From Vitrella brassicaformis CCMP3155 (lineage: Eukaryota > Protista > Chromerida), in assembly GCA_001179505.1 (NCBI GenBank), contig CDMY01000553.1:275203-339202 (forward strand): a stretch of DNA of 64,000 bases. Direction: 5' to 3'. Under the pieces are notes generated by a model. That model saw only the letters and a list, made by a program, of their open reading frames with translations. It was not told where the DNA came from and did not search any database. A program made the position numbers and the translations under genes. The first letter of the stretch is position 1. The number at the start of each line of letters is the position of its first letter. Of the stretch, positions 63,480-64,000 are shown one piece after another.

Positions 63480-63648
63480 TGTCGGTAGATGAGAGTGGCT
63501 GTGGAGGATCGTGTCGTTGCCCGTTAAGGCAACAGATGAGCCAGAGGGACGGTTCACGAGAAGGAGGGACAGTTCGGAGTGCTCAGGGTTCTCAGCATGC
63601 AGTGGCATTACACGGCGGGATCTACCCCAACACACGCAGCCTCTGACA
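63480..63648 (-). repeat. 3' LTR (169 bp)
   Basis: TG...CA termini with TGTC/GACA inverted ends, directly after the PPT; matches the solo LTR at 37434-37603. Confidence 0.88.
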
Positions 63649-63657
63649 CCCCCTCTC
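63649..63657 (-). other. Polypurine tract (PPT)
   Basis: GAGAGGGGG immediately 5' of the LTR's TG on the minus strand. Confidence 0.8.
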
Positions 63658-63720
63658 GCACTGTGCTGTCCTTCTGCATCGCATTACAGCGATCACCCCC
63701 TCTCAAACAGGTAACCGCAT

Positions 63721-64000
63721 TCAGCAGACAGAACCATAACGCAGAAAGCAGCACAGGGCGCATTCAGAGGCGTGTGAGTCTGTGTTTGCGCTGTGTGACC
63801 GATCAGGCGCCATCAGCACCTTCTCGTGTGGCTCGTCGGGCACCATCGGTGTCCCTTCGTCGTCGAACACAGGATTGTTGAGGAGCTTCATCCTCAGGTG
63901 AGCGTGCTGCGCCTCATCGAGGCCCTTGGTGAAGATGTCAGCAGTATTCTCGCTCGAAGCAATCCAGTGGACGCAGAGCTGTCCTTTCAGGACCAGATCA
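63721..64000 (-). CDS. Copia Pol C-terminus (RNase H)
   Basis: Open frame from 63999 to stop at 63721-63723 containing ENTADIFTKGL. Absent from the ORF track because its start lies outside the window. Confidence 0.9.
   Translation of the reverse strand, partial: DLVLKGQLCVHWIASSENTADIFTKGLDEAQHAHLRMKLLNNPVFDDEGTPMVPDEPHEKVLMAPDRSHSANTDSHASECALCCFLRYGSVC

Larger units (their letters stand above)
63480..64000 (-). mobile_element. 3' end of a Ty1/copia LTR retrotransposon (extends beyond the window)
   Basis: Minus frame DLVLKGQLCVHWIASSENTADIFTKGLDEAQHAHLRMKLL is the copia RNase H ADIFTK motif, with stop at 63721-63723. It is followed by PPT GAGAGGGGG and the LTR TGTCAG...CCGACA. Confidence 0.92.

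Overview
Intron-dense, GC-rich eukaryotic genomic DNA with short GT-AG introns full of (CA)n/(GT)n/(GA)n microsatellites. This style, plus ApiAP2, RAP-domain and expanded BTB-TLDc genes, points to a chromerid alveolate such as Vitrella; that is an inference, as no search was run. Five 300-N scaffold gaps occur at 16184-16483, 26351-26650, 37073-37372, 59726-60025 and 60903-61202. The raw ORF track is mostly noise because the genes are spliced, so the models below were assembled by hand from splice-phase-compatible exons. Recognisable genes: RPL19, TPI, two BTB+TLDc paralogs, an ankyrin protein, a RAP-domain protein, a five-domain ApiAP2 factor with a frameshifted partial copy, a degenerate Ulp1/C48 peptidase-like gene, a RibD-type reductase, a TDP2-like EEP protein, a 2OG-Fe(II) oxygenase, a dienelactone hydrolase and an FAD-dependent monooxygenase. 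A Ty1/copia 3' end (RNase H, PPT, LTR) closes the window, and a solo LTR of the same family lies 26 kb away. The headline observation is a minus-strand gene (~39976-43353) encoding an intact three-helix ethylene-binding domain of ETR1 type, split over four exons, with all classic ethylene/copper-binding residues but no recognisable histidine kinase or receiver.
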